Assembly (NCBI RefSeq): GCF_003363015.1
Contig: NZ_QRAP01000005.1
Coordinates: 330,820 to 394,819 of the forward strand
Length of the DNA stretch: 64,000 bases
Reading direction: 5' to 3'
Origin: Enterobacillus tribolii
Lineage (GTDB): Bacteria; Pseudomonadota; Gammaproteobacteria; Enterobacterales; Enterobacteriaceae
In this document: in pieces, positions 1 to 10,520 of the stretch
Layout: each line of letters starts with the position of its first letter
Numbering within the stretch: the first letter of the stretch is position 1
Notes under the pieces: model-generated
Seen by the model: only the letters and a program-made list of their open reading frames with translations
The model's database searches: none
What the model was told of the DNA's origin: nothing
Position numbers and translations under genes: made by a program

Positions 1-174
1 GTCGTCCTGAGCGTGGAGAAAGTGCAGCAGATTGCCGAGGCCACGGTATATATCAATGGCGGAGAGCTGCACGCGGAGTCAGAGCATGAAGATATGTACG
101 CCGCCCTGGATGCGCTGGTAGACAAACTGGCGCGTCAGTTAAACAAACATAAAGACAAACTGAGACAGCACTAA
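1..174 (+). CDS. hpf: ribosome hibernation promoting factor, 3' end (partial)
   Basis: The frame ends ...[21 protein letters not shown] with stop at 172-174. This matches the Hpf/YhbH C-terminus and is followed by ptsN-rapZ-npr as in the rpoN operon. Confidence 0.8.
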   Translation, partial: VVLSVEKVQQIAEATVYINGGELHAESEHEDMYAALDALVDKLARQLNKHKDKLRQH

Positions 175-281
175 GCGTGCCTGCTCGCTAATTCATTAAC
201 CGCTTTGCTATCGGCCCGTTTCCCGTGAAACGGGCCGATAGATCATCAGGGGAACATAAAAGCCCGCGCCGCGGGACTTGA

Positions 282-758
282 GTGAAACACACGATGAGTA
301 ACGATTTGACAATGCCTTTAACCTCCGTGCTCAGCCCGGAGTGCACGCGCAACGCAGTACATTGCACCAGCAAAAAACGCGCCCTGGAAATCATCAGCGA
401 ACTGGCGGCGAAACAGCTGAACCTGCCGTCGCAGGTGGTGTTTGACGCCATCCTGACCAGAGAACGCATGGGAAGTACCGGGATCGGCGGCGGCATCGCC
501 ATTCCGCACGGTAAGCTGGAAGAGGACACCCTGCGCGCCATTGCCGTATTTATTCATCTGGAACAGCCCATCGACTTCGATGCCATCGACAATCAACCCG
601 TCGACCTGCTGTTCGCCCTGCTGGTGCCGGCGGATCAGTGCAAAACGCATTTGCAGACGCTGGCGATGATGGCGCAGAAACTGGCCGATAAAAGCATATG
701 CCGCCAGTTGCGCTCGGCGCAAAGCGATGAAGAGCTCTATAAACTCATTGCAGAATAA
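282..758 (+). CDS. ptsN: PTS IIA-Ntr nitrogen regulatory protein
   Basis: 158-aa ORF with a near-identical motif block to E. coli PtsN (KKRALEIISELAAKQL...RE.MGSTGIG.GIAIPHGKLEEDTLRA...DNQPVDLLFALLVPADQ.KTHL). Synteny hpf-ptsN-rapZ-npr. Confidence 0.9.
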   Translation: MKHTMSNDLTMPLTSVLSPECTRNAVHCTSKKRALEIISELAAKQLNLPSQVVFDAILTRERMGSTGIGGGIAIPHGKLEEDTLRAIAVFIHLEQPIDFDAIDNQPVDLLFALLVPADQCKTHLQTLAMMAQKLADKSICRQLRSAQSDEELYKLIAE

Positions 759-987
759 TACGTTAACTGATTATGAAAAAAGTAGCGGATGGCGTTGCCA
801 CACGTTACAGTGATCGACGATCGGTTTAAGAAATAATGGCTTTAAGAGACAGTAGGTTTAAGAACCGCCATACACGTAGCTGGTAAAATCAGCGGGCCGT
901 CACGATGACGTAAGGCCCGGCAAAACCGGCGGCGGAAACAAATTTAACGGTGGCATGGTGCCGCCCGTATACGAGGGGAAATGACTC

Positions 988-1839
988 ATGGTGCTGATGA
1001 TTGTCAGCGGCCGTTCAGGTTCGGGAAAATCCGTTGCCCTGCGAGCGCTGGAAGACATGGGCTTCTATTGTGTCGACAACCTGCCGGTGGAACTGCTGCC
1101 CGATTTAGCGCATACGCTATCCTCGCGTAATATTTCCGCCGCCGTCAGCATTGACGTTCGCAACATGCCGGAATCGCCGGAAGTGCTGGAAAAAGCGATG
1201 GACAGCCTGCCGCAGAGCTTTTCGCCGCAGTTGCTGTTTCTCGACGCCGATCGCAACACCCTGATCCGCCGCTACAGCGACACCCGCCGTCTGCATCCGC
1301 TGTCGAACAAAAACCTGTCGCTGGAAAGCGCCATCGATGAAGAGAGCGACCTGCTGGAGCCGCTGCGTTCCCGCGCCGATCTGATCATCGACACCTCCGA
1401 AATGTCGGTGCATGAGCTGGCGGAAATGCTGCGCACCCGCCTGCTGGGCAAGCGCGAGCGCGAGCTGACGATGGTGTTCGAATCGTTCGGCTTCAAGCAC
1501 GGCATTCCCATCGACGCCGACTATGTGTTCGACGTACGCTTTCTGCCTAACCCGCACTGGGACCCGAAACTGCGCCCGATGACCGGCCTGGATAAACCCG
1601 TCGCCGCGTTCCTCGATCGCCATACTGAAGTGCATAACTTCATCTACCAGACCCGCAGCTATCTGGAACAGTGGCTGCCGATGCTGGAAACCAACAACCG
1701 CAGTTACCTGACCGTCGCCATCGGCTGTACCGGTGGTAAACACCGTTCGGTTTACGTTGCCGAGCAACTGGCCGACTACTTCCGCTCACGTGGGAAAAAC
1801 GTGCAGTCACGTCACCGTACGCTGGAGAAGCGTAAGTAA
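988..1839 (+). CDS. rapZ: RNase adaptor protein RapZ (YhbJ), P-loop NTPase
   Basis: 283 aa with N-terminus [33 protein letters not shown] identical to the E. coli RapZ start. Walker A GRSGSGKS present; synteny. Confidence 0.9.
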   Translation: MVLMIVSGRSGSGKSVALRALEDMGFYCVDNLPVELLPDLAHTLSSRNISAAVSIDVRNMPESPEVLEKAMDSLPQSFSPQLLFLDADRNTLIRRYSDTRRLHPLSNKNLSLESAIDEESDLLEPLRSRADLIIDTSEMSVHELAEMLRTRLLGKRERELTMVFESFGFKHGIPIDADYVFDVRFLPNPHWDPKLRPMTGLDKPVAAFLDRHTEVHNFIYQTRSYLEQWLPMLETNNRSYLTVAIGCTGGKHRSVYVAEQLADYFRSRGKNVQSRHRTLEKRK

Positions 1840-1859
1840 ACAGGTCCGAAACACACATC

Positions 1860-2132
1860 ATGACCGTAAAACACACTGTGGAAATCAAAAACCGGCTGGG
1901 CATGCATGCCCGGCCGGCCATGAAACTGTTTGAACTGGTTCAGGGATTTGACTGTGAAGTTATGCTGCGCAACGAAAGCGGCGTAGAAGCGGAAGCAAGC
2001 AGCGTCATCGCCTTGCTGATGCTGGACTCCGCGCAGGGCGGCCATATTGAAGTTCAGGCCGACGGCCCGGACGAAGAAAAAGCGCTGGAAGCGGTCATCG
2101 GGTTATTCAATGCAGGGTTTGACGAAGACTGA
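1860..2132 (+). CDS. npr: phosphocarrier protein NPr (PtsO)
   Basis: 90-aa HPr-fold protein with the active His region ([10 protein letters not shown]), located immediately after rapZ. Confidence 0.9.
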   Translation: MTVKHTVEIKNRLGMHARPAMKLFELVQGFDCEVMLRNESGVEAEASSVIALLMLDSAQGGHIEVQADGPDEEKALEAVIGLFNAGFDED

Positions 2133-2183
2133 CGATGTTCCCTGTGCAACAAACGGCGGCACCCGCACAGGGTGCAGGCCGTT

Positions 2184-4106
2184 TTAACTGCGGCTCAGGC
2201 AATCTTTGGCAACGCTGCGAAACTGCTCGAAATCTTTGCTGGCTAACAGGCGGCTGACCGCCCTTTCGCGCATAAACGTCACGAACAGATCGTAAATCGT
2301 CATCGCCTCTTCGTAGTCCTGCATACTGATCGCCAGCAAGAAAATGACGTAGGCGGTTTCCCCCGGCCCCCAGGCGATACCCTGCGGCGCCAGCACGGTG
2401 TACACCACGGTTTTCTTCGCCAGCAGCCCCAGCGAGTGCGGCAGCGCGATGCCTTCGCCCAGCATGGTGGAAACGATGCCTTCGCGCTCGACCAAAGACG
2501 GATGGAAATCCCCGCCGATGTATCCTTCCTGCTCCAGTTGCCGGCACAAGCGGTTGAACAGCTCGGCCTGGGTGATCGGCTTGTCGATGATGCAGAAGTG
2601 CGTCTCATCGAAAAATTTGTCCATCATATAAGGCCGGGTGCGGTCGATCAGCACCTGTTTCGCCAGTTGCTCCAGTTGGAAGCTGGTGGGGAACGGTGCA
2701 ACCAGCACCACCGGCTTATTCTTTTCCGCCACCTTCACCGTGCTGATCACAAAGTCTTCTTCAATTTGCTCCAGCTTTTCATACTCGCGCAAAGAATCAA
2801 CCTGCCGCACCATCAGTTGCGGAAACTCACGTTTAATCTTCGCTTCCAGCAAACGCACGGTAGAGATACCGGAATCACACACCAACAGCGCCTGCGGGTG
2901 GCGCTCGTAGCCAATATCGTAATGGCGTTCCAGCCCGACGCCGATATGCAGCACCAGGTAGCCGATTTCATTGTCGGTGATGGTGTAAGGAACGTCTTTT
3001 TCCCAGCTGGAAACCGCCGCCAGCGTGACGTCGTAGGCCAGCGGATAATGCTGCTTGATATGCTCCAGCAGCGGGTTCGGCATATTAATCTGGTACTTGG
3101 CGCGCGTCATCATGGTCGCGATATGGGAAAGCAGATCGCTGCGCAGTTGCTCATCCTCACGCAGATCGTAATTGTAGCGATCGTTGATAAAGCCAAGAAT
3201 ATAATCCACCAGCGCACGGTTTTCGTCCTGTCCGCCCGGTTGCAGGTTGGCGCCGTCGGTCATACGCCGCGCGGCGATCTGCACGCTGAGGTAATCCAGC
3301 TCGGCCTGCGGGATCTCGCAGCCGGTTTGCCGTTGCAGAATTTCGATCATCTGCGCGGCCGCCAGCTTCAGCGCCGGCTCCACGTCGCTGGCGCTGAACT
3401 CGCCCAGCAGATGGCCGGCGCGGATACGCTGCACAATGATGCCGCAGTAGATCATCAGATGCTGCTCGCCCTCATCGGTCATGCGAATCTGATGTTGCTG
3501 GATCACCGCATGAAGCTGTTCGCGCAGTTGGAGAAGGTCAACGCCGGGCAGCGCCAGCGCGTGCAGCTCCGGCAGGAAGTCATCCCCGCTCTGAAACTGG
3601 AACAACATGTTAGCCAGGCAGGCGCGCACCGCGTTCTCGCTGCCGAACAGACGCATACCGTGATGCGGCTTGCTCTCAATCGTCAGCCCGTACTTAGCGG
3701 CGATCTCACGCACTTCCGCCATATCGCTCTGCAACGAAGCCCGGCTGACAAACCAGCCATCGGCGATGTCATCCAGCTTGCACGCCTCGTCCTGCGCCAA
3801 AAAACGCAGCAACAAATGCACTACCCTGTCGCGTGCCGTACGCGGCAGCGTATTGCTCCGCATGTCCTGCTGCTGTTCCAGCGCGGCAAAACGCGATTCG
3901 TCGGTAATATCCAGGCGATATCCGCTGCCCCGCTGATGGACGAACTGCGCGCCGTAGTGGAGCAGAATCTCATTCAGAGCGTTAATGTCTGTGCGCACGG
4001 TACGGGTGGATACGTCAAAACGCCTGGCAAGCTCTTCCTGGGGCAAGGTTTCACCGCGGAGCGCGTCAAACAATTGGTTCAGACGTGGATATGGAAATTG
4101 AATCAT
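2184..4106 (-). CDS. PRD-domain transcriptional activator of MtlR/LicR/ManR type (HTH + two PRD + EIIB-like + EIIA-like domains)
   Basis: 640 aa. It has an N-terminal HTH (RRFDVSTRTVRTDINAL), PRD-like His-containing segments, and a C-terminal mannitol/fructose-type EIIA signature (LGEGIALPHS). It sits at the transcriptionally downstream end of the cluster at 4.5-11.7 kb. Confidence 0.75.
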   Translation of the reverse strand: MIQFPYPRLNQLFDALRGETLPQEELARRFDVSTRTVRTDINALNEILLHYGAQFVHQRGSGYRLDITDESRFAALEQQQDMRSNTLPRTARDRVVHLLLRFLAQDEACKLDDIADGWFVSRASLQSDMAEVREIAAKYGLTIESKPHHGMRLFGSENAVRACLANMLFQFQSGDDFLPELHALALPGVDLLQLREQLHAVIQQHQIRMTDEGEQHLMIYCGIIVQRIRAGHLLGEFSASDVEPALKLAAAQMIEILQRQTGCEIPQAELDYLSVQIAARRMTDGANLQPGGQDENRALVDYILGFINDRYNYDLREDEQLRSDLLSHIATMMTRAKYQINMPNPLLEHIKQHYPLAYDVTLAAVSSWEKDVPYTITDNEIGYLVLHIGVGLERHYDIGYERHPQALLVCDSGISTVRLLEAKIKREFPQLMVRQVDSLREYEKLEQIEEDFVISTVKVAEKNKPVVLVAPFPTSFQLEQLAKQVLIDRTRPYMMDKFFDETHFCIIDKPITQAELFNRLCRQLEQEGYIGGDFHPSLVEREGIVSTMLGEGIALPHSLGLLAKKTVVYTVLAPQGIAWGPGETAYVIFLLAISMQDYEEAMTIYDLFVTFMRERAVSRLLASKDFEQFRSVAKDCLSRS

Positions 4107-4542
4107 TCTCGTACCGCTGCTAACGAACTGATTAGCGCCGCAAAGCGCTGCGAATTGGCCGGAGAGGAGTCAGCAGGAAAACGTAAACGCTTCGGTCAAT
4201 TGGTGAACGAAGTCAGGCTGATTGGATACCTACCACCCTAAATAATCCGAACTGCACGGCGCAAAGAACGCGTTGAGCACCGCTGCTTTTCGAAATATAA
4301 CGGGCATATACTGTACCTTACCGCGCACAATATAAACACCGGTATATCAACCGGATGCACCCAAAAACGATTATACCGGCGACTAACAGATTCAGACAGG
4401 GAATGAATGTGATCTGTGTACCAGTTTGCGGAATCTTTCATGGAAATAAAAATCGCTTCCTGCACCCGTTCTTGTCGCGTCCCTGCTACTGCGCGCCATC
4501 TCCGCCATTGCGGACATGGCGCGCCAAACTTTCCGGAGTTTC

Positions 4543-5769
4543 TTAATGCCCGAATACCATTTGTGACGGTGCGCCCACACCCACCACGTCATCACTCATC
4601 GTCAGGCGCCCGCTCTGCGGGTCGCGGCTGAAGCGCATGATGTTGTCGCTGCGTTGGTTCAGGGCATACAAATAACGCCCGGTCGGGTCCAGCGTCAGCG
4701 TGCGCGGGTAATCACCGCCGGTCCAGACTTCCGCAACCTTGCTCAGCTTCCCTTCGTCCCCGACGGCAAACTGCATGATGCTGTTACGCAGGCGGTTGGC
4801 GACGTACAGGAAATGCCCGTCATGGCTCAGCACCAGCCCGGCGGCAAAGCTGGTTCCCTGATAGGTTTCCGGCAGCGAAGACTGGGTCGCCACCTCTTTC
4901 AGCGTACCGCTCTGCTTGTCAAAACTGTACTGCGTCAGGGTAGAGGCTTCTTCATTAATCAGATAAACCGTTTTGCCGTCCGGATGGAAGACGAAGTGAC
5001 GCGGGCCGGCACCGGCGGACGACGCCATGATGTAGGGAGGATTATTGGCCATCAGCGTGCCTTTCTCCGCATCAAAGCGCCACTGGTAAATACGGTCTAA
5101 CCCCAGATCGGTGGAAAAGACGAACTTGCCGCTGGGATCGCTGGCAATCATATGCGCATGCGGTCCGTTATGATCGCTGATGGCAAAACTGCCCGGCACT
5201 GCGGCTTCGGGTTTCGCCGCGCCCGCCGGCCCTTCGCTCTGCTTCACCGCGCTCGGCGCGCCGATTTTCCCGTCGCTTTCCACGGGGAATACCGCGATGC
5301 TGCCGCTGATATAGTTAGCGACCAGCAGGTGCTTGCCGTCCGGCGTCAGCGAAAGATACACCGGCCCTGCGCCCTGTGAGTCCGCCTGATTGAGCAGCGT
5401 AAGATCGCCGTTATCGCGGTTAACTTTGTATGCCGCCAGCGAACCGTGCTTACCGCCCTGATAGTCCGCCACTTCACTGGCTACATACAGCACGTTGCCA
5501 TCCGCCGACATCACCATCTGCGCCGCATTCGGCAAGGTACTGACCGTTTTCACTTTGCTCAGCGCGCCGCTGGCCGGGTCCACCTTCATCAGGTAAACCC
5601 CTTCCCCGTTGGGATTATAGGTTCCCACGTAAGCGAAGCGGGCCGGGGCCGGGTTTTCTGCCGTCTGCGCCAGCAATGGTTGTGCCGCCACGCCGCCGAT
5701 TAACAGCGTCATCCCCATACAAACTGCCCGTAACGGATGTAACGAAAATGCTGAATTAATAGATGTCAT
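4543..5769 (-). CDS. secreted 7-bladed beta-propeller lactonase (6-phosphogluconolactonase/3-carboxymuconate-cyclase family)
   Basis: The ORF track gives 444 aa. The likely start is ATG 5769-5767 (MTSINS...), preceded by a GGAGAAGG RBS, followed by a signal peptide (LLIGGVAAQPLLAQTAE). It has repeated blade motifs (DGKHLLVANY, DGKTVYLINE, DGHFLYVAN, TGRYLYALNQ). Confidence 0.65.
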   Translation of the reverse strand: MTSINSAFSLHPLRAVCMGMTLLIGGVAAQPLLAQTAENPAPARFAYVGTYNPNGEGVYLMKVDPASGALSKVKTVSTLPNAAQMVMSADGNVLYVASEVADYQGGKHGSLAAYKVNRDNGDLTLLNQADSQGAGPVYLSLTPDGKHLLVANYISGSIAVFPVESDGKIGAPSAVKQSEGPAGAAKPEAAVPGSFAISDHNGPHAHMIASDPSGKFVFSTDLGLDRIYQWRFDAEKGTLMANNPPYIMASSAGAGPRHFVFHPDGKTVYLINEEASTLTQYSFDKQSGTLKEVATQSSLPETYQGTSFAAGLVLSHDGHFLYVANRLRNSIMQFAVGDEGKLSKVAEVWTGGDYPRTLTLDPTGRYLYALNQRSDNIMRFSRDPQSGRLTMSDDVVGVGAPSQMVFGH

Positions 5770-5941
5770 TGCCTTCTCCGTTTGATACAACCTGGACAGA
5801 GCGCCAATGCGTGACAGACTAACGACGCATAAAACGCCCGCTGAAAACGGCAGCCGCGGACGCAGCCACCGGGACAAAACACGAAAAACCGCACCGAACA
5901 GCCGGTGCGGCAGTAGCGGGGCTAACTAACGCCCCAATCCA

Positions 5942-6682
5942 TCAACCCAACAACTTTTTCACGCTCGCCAGCAACGTTTTAACGTCTTCCGGACGCGTGT
6001 TTCCGCTCGCTTTATCAATGATGGAGCTATAGATATGCGGAATGATCTTCTTCACGCCGGCATCCAGCGCGATCTGCATAATCGCTTCGAAGTTTTCCAG
6101 ATCGATGCCGCCGGTCGGCTCCAGCCAGAAATCCTGCTCAGCGCAGGCCTGCGCCACGCGGGTGAACTCATCGCGGGTTTTCAGGCCGCCCATCGGGAAA
6201 TATTTCACCGAGCTGCCGCCCATGTCCTTGAGCATCGCGATGGCGCTTTCCACCGGCACAATGGCGTCGGCTTTCTGCGAACTCAGCGGGCCGGTGGAGA
6301 TTTTCACCATGCCCACCTGACCGGTCGGGGAGATCAGGCCGTTCACCACGCTCGCGTTCTGGCCCAGCATGCCGCGGCTGACGCCCACGCCGGTGAAGAC
6401 CTGGTTCACGTGCTGCGGCTGCAATACGCCGGAAATCTGCGACACCATCAGCGACTGATTCGGATCGCCGGCGCCGAGGCCGACGGAAAGCGCGTTGTCG
6501 ATCAGCCGTGCGTACTCTTTCATGTCCGCGATAGCGCTGCTGTTGTCGGGATAGTTCTTCGACAAGACGCCGACCAACACATAACCTTCCGCCGCTTCAT
6601 ACACATCGCGCGCGTTTTCTTTGGAACCGGCCAGCACGTTCAGGCAAACACGGTCTTTATAAAAATTTGGTGACAATTGCAT
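5942..6682 (-). CDS. KDGP/DgaF-like aldolase (DUF1341 'KDGP aldolase' family)
   Basis: The likely start is ATG 6682-6680 (MQLSPNFYKD...) with an AGGGAG RBS. The protein shows TIM-barrel-like Gly-rich segments. This protein family is recurrently found beside a SelA-like enzyme (the Salmonella dgaEF arrangement). Confidence 0.55.
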   Translation of the reverse strand: MQLSPNFYKDRVCLNVLAGSKENARDVYEAAEGYVLVGVLSKNYPDNSSAIADMKEYARLIDNALSVGLGAGDPNQSLMVSQISGVLQPQHVNQVFTGVGVSRGMLGQNASVVNGLISPTGQVGMVKISTGPLSSQKADAIVPVESAIAMLKDMGGSSVKYFPMGGLKTRDEFTRVAQACAEQDFWLEPTGGIDLENFEAIMQIALDAGVKKIIPHIYSSIIDKASGNTRPEDVKTLLASVKKLLG

Positions 6683-6720
6683 GACTTTCTCCCTCTCAAA
6701 ACTTTTCATTACAAGGCCAA

Positions 6721-7836
6721 TCAGAACAGGGCCTTGATGCATTCATAAACGGTATGCAGTTGTGCGGCGTCAACGCTGCGCACATCCACCTCAATCTTGC
6801 CTTCATTGGCCTTATAGCCGCGGAAATAGATCGCCGGGTCGCCGTTTTTCAGCCGCTCGACGATATGCTCCGTCGTGATGCCCAGCTTCTGGTGATCAAA
6901 GGTAATCTCGGTACGGGCGATGTCGCGGCCCGCGCTGTCCCACACCACCTTCGCCGATACGCCGTCGAGGGTGTTCAGGTTGTCGATGAACGCGGTCATC
7001 TTATCGACCATCTGCTGGCCGCTTTCCTTCTCCAGCGTCATATAGCTGGCGATAGCCTGAGTCAGGCCGAGAATGCCTTCTTTGCCGACCTTCATCGCCC
7101 GGCCGATGCCGTTGGCCTGCAACTTCACCCACTCAACGTATTTCTTGCGGCCAATGACCAGGCCGCTGGTGGGGCCTTCGATCGCCTTGGCGCCGCTGTA
7201 AATAACCAGATCCGCGCCCATGTTGTAATAACACTGCAGGTCCTCTTCCGCCGCGGCGTCCACGATCAGCGGCAGGTTATGGGCATGCGCCACTTCCGCC
7301 GCCTGCGCCACGTTCAGCATGCTTTTCTGCACGCAGTGGTGGGACTTCACATACAAAATCGCCGCGGTTTTCGGGGTAATCGCCGCCGCCAGCTGCGCCG
7401 GAGAACATTCGTTAGCGTAGCCCGCCTCACGCACGCAGCCGCCGCCCAGTTGCACCATGGTGCCGACCGGCGCGCCGAAGTTAACGTTATGGCCTTTCGG
7501 CACCACGATTTCGCTCGGTACGTCATGCGCATGGGCATGCAGGTTATCCAGACGGTATGCGTTGTCCTGCACGATCATCGCCGCCACCGACTGCGCGATG
7601 CCCGCGGACGCGCAAGAAACCACCACGGCGTCTTCCACGCCCAGCAGATCGGCAATATAGCGACCGGTTTTATTCACCAGATCCTTTACTTCGAAGTAAT
7701 GGTTCAGGCCGAAATTCACCGCCTCCACCACGTCTTCACGCGGCGTGGAAACCCCCAGGATGGTCATGCGGCCGGACGTGTTGATTACCGTCTTCAGGTT
7801 GTATTTTTGATATACGCTCTGGTTGTTAGAAGACAT
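6721..7836 (-). CDS. SelA-like PLP-dependent enzyme (DgaE-like sugar-acid-6-phosphate ammonia-lyase family)
   Basis: ~370 aa. A Lys-containing block YSGAKAIEGPTSG resembles the SelA PLP-lysine region. The start ATG 7836-7834 has a GGAGAG RBS, and the gene is immediately followed by the aldolase. Confidence 0.65.
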   Translation of the reverse strand: MSSNNQSVYQKYNLKTVINTSGRMTILGVSTPREDVVEAVNFGLNHYFEVKDLVNKTGRYIADLLGVEDAVVVSCASAGIAQSVAAMIVQDNAYRLDNLHAHAHDVPSEIVVPKGHNVNFGAPVGTMVQLGGGCVREAGYANECSPAQLAAAITPKTAAILYVKSHHCVQKSMLNVAQAAEVAHAHNLPLIVDAAAEEDLQCYYNMGADLVIYSGAKAIEGPTSGLVIGRKKYVEWVKLQANGIGRAMKVGKEGILGLTQAIASYMTLEKESGQQMVDKMTAFIDNLNTLDGVSAKVVWDSAGRDIARTEITFDHQKLGITTEHIVERLKNGDPAIYFRGYKANEGKIEVDVRSVDAAQLHTVYECIKALF

Positions 7837-8959
7837 GCTTTGACTCTCCATCTTGGGTAAGTACCGGCTGACCGGCGACAATCGCCGCTAACGGCAGAAT
7901 CATCGTCTGCCCGTTGCGGGTTTGTTGTTCTGAATCGGCAAACACCTGCGGCTGCGCTTCCACGGCGAAAAGGGTGAAGTCGGCGTCGCAGCCCACCTCC
8001 AGCCTGCCTTTGTTTTCGAGACGCAGCGCCTGCGCGGCGTTGACCGTGACGCAATCAATGATTTGCGCCAGACTCAGTCCGGCGATAAAGAACTTGGACA
8101 TCACGTACGCCAGGCTGTACACCGGCCCTTTGATGCGGTTCTTGCAGTAAATGTCGGAGCTGATGGTATTGGGGTAAATGCCCTGACGAATGGCGATTTC
8201 CGCCACGTCGAAGCTGAAACTGGCGCTGCCGTGACCGACATCCAGCAACACGCCGCGATCCAGCGCGCGCTTCACCGCGGCGCGCAGTTCGCCTTCCGGC
8301 GTCAGGATGCGGTTCGGTTTGCCGTTGTAGCAGTGGGTGATGATGTCGCCGCGGGTCAGCAGGTCGGCAATATCGTCCAGATTCGGCGGATTGTTGCCTA
8401 CATGCACCATCAGCGGCAACCCGCCGTTCTGCGCCTGGATTTCTTTGGCGCGCACCAGCGGTCTGATGCCGTTGTCCTGCACCACGCTGCCGCTCATGCG
8501 CGCCTTGATGCCGATGACAAAGCCTTTGTGATCGCCGATCGCCTTGTGCGCCAGCGCATCATCAATGTCGTTCATATCGCCCAGCTCGTTCTGACGCAGC
8601 AGGCCGATACGGGAAATGTTCAGAAATGCATAAACGTTGGTCTTCGCCGCGCGGGTCAGACGATAAAACTCGTCAATGTCGTCCGCGCCGGTGCTGCCGG
8701 CGTCAACCACCGTCGTCACGCCGCTGCTGACGCCGACCAAATCAGGTTCGTCGTTGTAAATCGGCGAGGACGGGTAGCAGTGGGTATGGGAGTCGATCCA
8801 GCCGGCGCTCAGGTAATAACGGCCGTTCAGGTCAAGGATTCGGGTTGCGGTGAGGTCGCTGTCAAGCTGGCCAATCAGGGCAATCTTTCCGTCTTTAACC
8901 GCAATATCAATCAGGCTGCCGTCAACGCGCTTACCCTGCTTGATAATTAAATCGTACAT
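7826..8959 (-). CDS. metal-dependent amidohydrolase (cluster-specific EF_0837/AHA_3915-like family)
   Basis: 377 aa with an N-terminal metal-binding motif (GWIDSHTHCY) and a later HVG/DVGHG block typical of the amidohydrolase superfamily. Confidence 0.7.
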   Translation of the reverse strand: MYDLIIKQGKRVDGSLIDIAVKDGKIALIGQLDSDLTATRILDLNGRYYLSAGWIDSHTHCYPSSPIYNDEPDLVGVSSGVTTVVDAGSTGADDIDEFYRLTRAAKTNVYAFLNISRIGLLRQNELGDMNDIDDALAHKAIGDHKGFVIGIKARMSGSVVQDNGIRPLVRAKEIQAQNGGLPLMVHVGNNPPNLDDIADLLTRGDIITHCYNGKPNRILTPEGELRAAVKRALDRGVLLDVGHGSASFSFDVAEIAIRQGIYPNTISSDIYCKNRIKGPVYSLAYVMSKFFIAGLSLAQIIDCVTVNAAQALRLENKGRLEVGCDADFTLFAVEAQPQVFADSEQQTRNGQTMILPLAAIVAGQPVLTQDGESKHVF

Positions 8960-9010
8960 AGTTTGCCTTCATCAGTTGGTTCCCCCGCACAAGGCGGGGG
9001 AAGGGGGGAA

Positions 9011-9661
9011 TTACGAGATAGCTACCGGGAAGATGGAACCGAAAATCATCGCACCCAGGATGGCGCCGCCGGTGATCGGCTTGTTCCAGATGTAGAACAG
9101 CAGCGCGCCGATCAGAGAACCGATACCGATAGGAATCGACGCCGTCATTGCCGACAGGATAATCAACGGCCCCAGGAAACGGCCGGAAGCATTACCTGCG
9201 CCCATCATGACGTCCGCGCCATAGGTCGAGTTGCTCTGGTTGATGGTGAACTTACGCGCCAGAATGATCAGGTAGCCGATCAACATCCCGATCACCATGC
9301 CGGTAATCAGCGAGGCGATAAAGTTCTCCACCGGGTAGATGATGCCCGCGCCCAGCAGCAGCGCCGGAACACCCAGGCCAACGCCGGTCTGTACCGCGCC
9401 GCCGATGTCCAGAATCCCCACCAGGGAGCCTTCGATGATACGGGCGAACAGGAAGCTGGCGCCGAATGCGGCAACCGCGCCGTAAACGCCGGTATCAATC
9501 CCCGCACGCAGCATGGACACGAAGGCCACTTCGTTGAACGCGCCGATACCGTACAGGTAGTACATGTGCGTCCCGGCAAATACCCCGGAGGACAGCAGTC
9601 CGACGAAAATCGGGAAAGACCAGTCGGCATACCAAAAACTATTCTTTAATTTCTCATCCAT
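9011..9661 (-). CDS. polytopic membrane protein, DUF4310-type (EF_0833/AHA_3914-like)
   Basis: 216 aa, very hydrophobic and Gly/Ala-rich with ~6 predicted TM segments. GGAGAC RBS. Length and position in the conserved cluster are as expected. Confidence 0.55.
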   Translation of the reverse strand: MDEKLKNSFWYADWSFPIFVGLLSSGVFAGTHMYYLYGIGAFNEVAFVSMLRAGIDTGVYGAVAAFGASFLFARIIEGSLVGILDIGGAVQTGVGLGVPALLLGAGIIYPVENFIASLITGMVIGMLIGYLIILARKFTINQSNSTYGADVMMGAGNASGRFLGPLIILSAMTASIPIGIGSLIGALLFYIWNKPITGGAILGAMIFGSIFPVAIS

Positions 9662-9679
9662 TGTCTCGTCTCCGCCCGA

Positions 9680-10456
9680 TTATTTGCCGCTCAGGGTGTT
9701 ATGGATATATTCCAGCCAACCCGGAACACCCAGTTGGAAGGATTCCAGCACCTTCATATCGAACCCGCGGAAGAAGCCGCTGAGGACAAACAGCAGAACA
9801 ATTACCGCCATCATGATCTTGGTGACTTTGTTCCAGCCGCTTTCTTCTACGCCCTTACCGATCAGGATGCCCAGAACCAGACCCGGTACGGCGTTGCCCA
9901 TAATCAGCTGCGCCAGGCCGCCGAAGATGGTGGCCCAGAAGCCGGAGCGACGGCCCGCGTCAATCGCGGCCAGCCAGAAGATAACCGGCATCACGGTATT
10001 CACCAGCAGGTTAGCGGCAGGCACCAGCACCTTAACGGCGGTGATCTGCAGCGCTTCCGGCACCGCGGAGGCGGTAGAGTTCAGGAAGGTCACCACGAGA
10101 ATGCCGATGATGCCGCACGCGATCGCCATCTTTTTGGGATCGTGCAGGGTTTCCGCGACGTTGCGGTTTTTGATCATCAGCGCCGCGGCGCCCCAGTTAG
10201 GAATGATGCGGTGGTCAACGTCCTGAGTGAACGCACCGGCCGCAACGGAGGAAGCCCAGGCGTTAAAGAAGAAGCCCAGACCGAAAGAGAAGTGAGACGC
10301 AGGATCGCCCTCGCACGAATTCAGCTCGCCCAGTGTACGAAACGCACCCATTCCCTGTACCGTCGGCGCGTGGAACATTCGGGCCGCACCGGCGCCGACG
10401 CCCACTCCGACCAAGCCGCCGATGATAATCGACTTAATCAGAATAATTAAAAACAT
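9680..10456 (-). CDS. polytopic membrane protein, DUF4311-type (EF_0832/AHA_3913-like)
   Basis: 258 aa hydrophobic protein with N-terminal GGLVGVGVGAGAA, adjacent to the DUF4310-type gene. Confidence 0.55.
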   Translation of the reverse strand: MFLIILIKSIIIGGLVGVGVGAGAARMFHAPTVQGMGAFRTLGELNSCEGDPASHFSFGLGFFFNAWASSVAAGAFTQDVDHRIIPNWGAAALMIKNRNVAETLHDPKKMAIACGIIGILVVTFLNSTASAVPEALQITAVKVLVPAANLLVNTVMPVIFWLAAIDAGRRSGFWATIFGGLAQLIMGNAVPGLVLGILIGKGVEESGWNKVTKIMMAVIVLLFVLSGFFRGFDMKVLESFQLGVPGWLEYIHNTLSGK

Positions 10457-10520
10457 CAGTATATTCCTTAATAGTATGACGCCTGCCAGGTAATTCCGTC
10501 AGGCGGTTGCTGTGGTAGCC

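Noticed and set aside
2436-4241. 601-aa plus-strand ORF
   Set aside because: It lies entirely antisense to the 640-aa PRD activator. It has Arg/Leu/Gln-rich low-complexity composition typical of antisense frames in GC-rich DNA, no RBS and no recognisable domain.
6754-8950. 368-aa and 295-aa plus-strand ORFs
   Set aside because: Antisense to the SelA-like and amidohydrolase genes. They show His/Arg-rich antisense composition.
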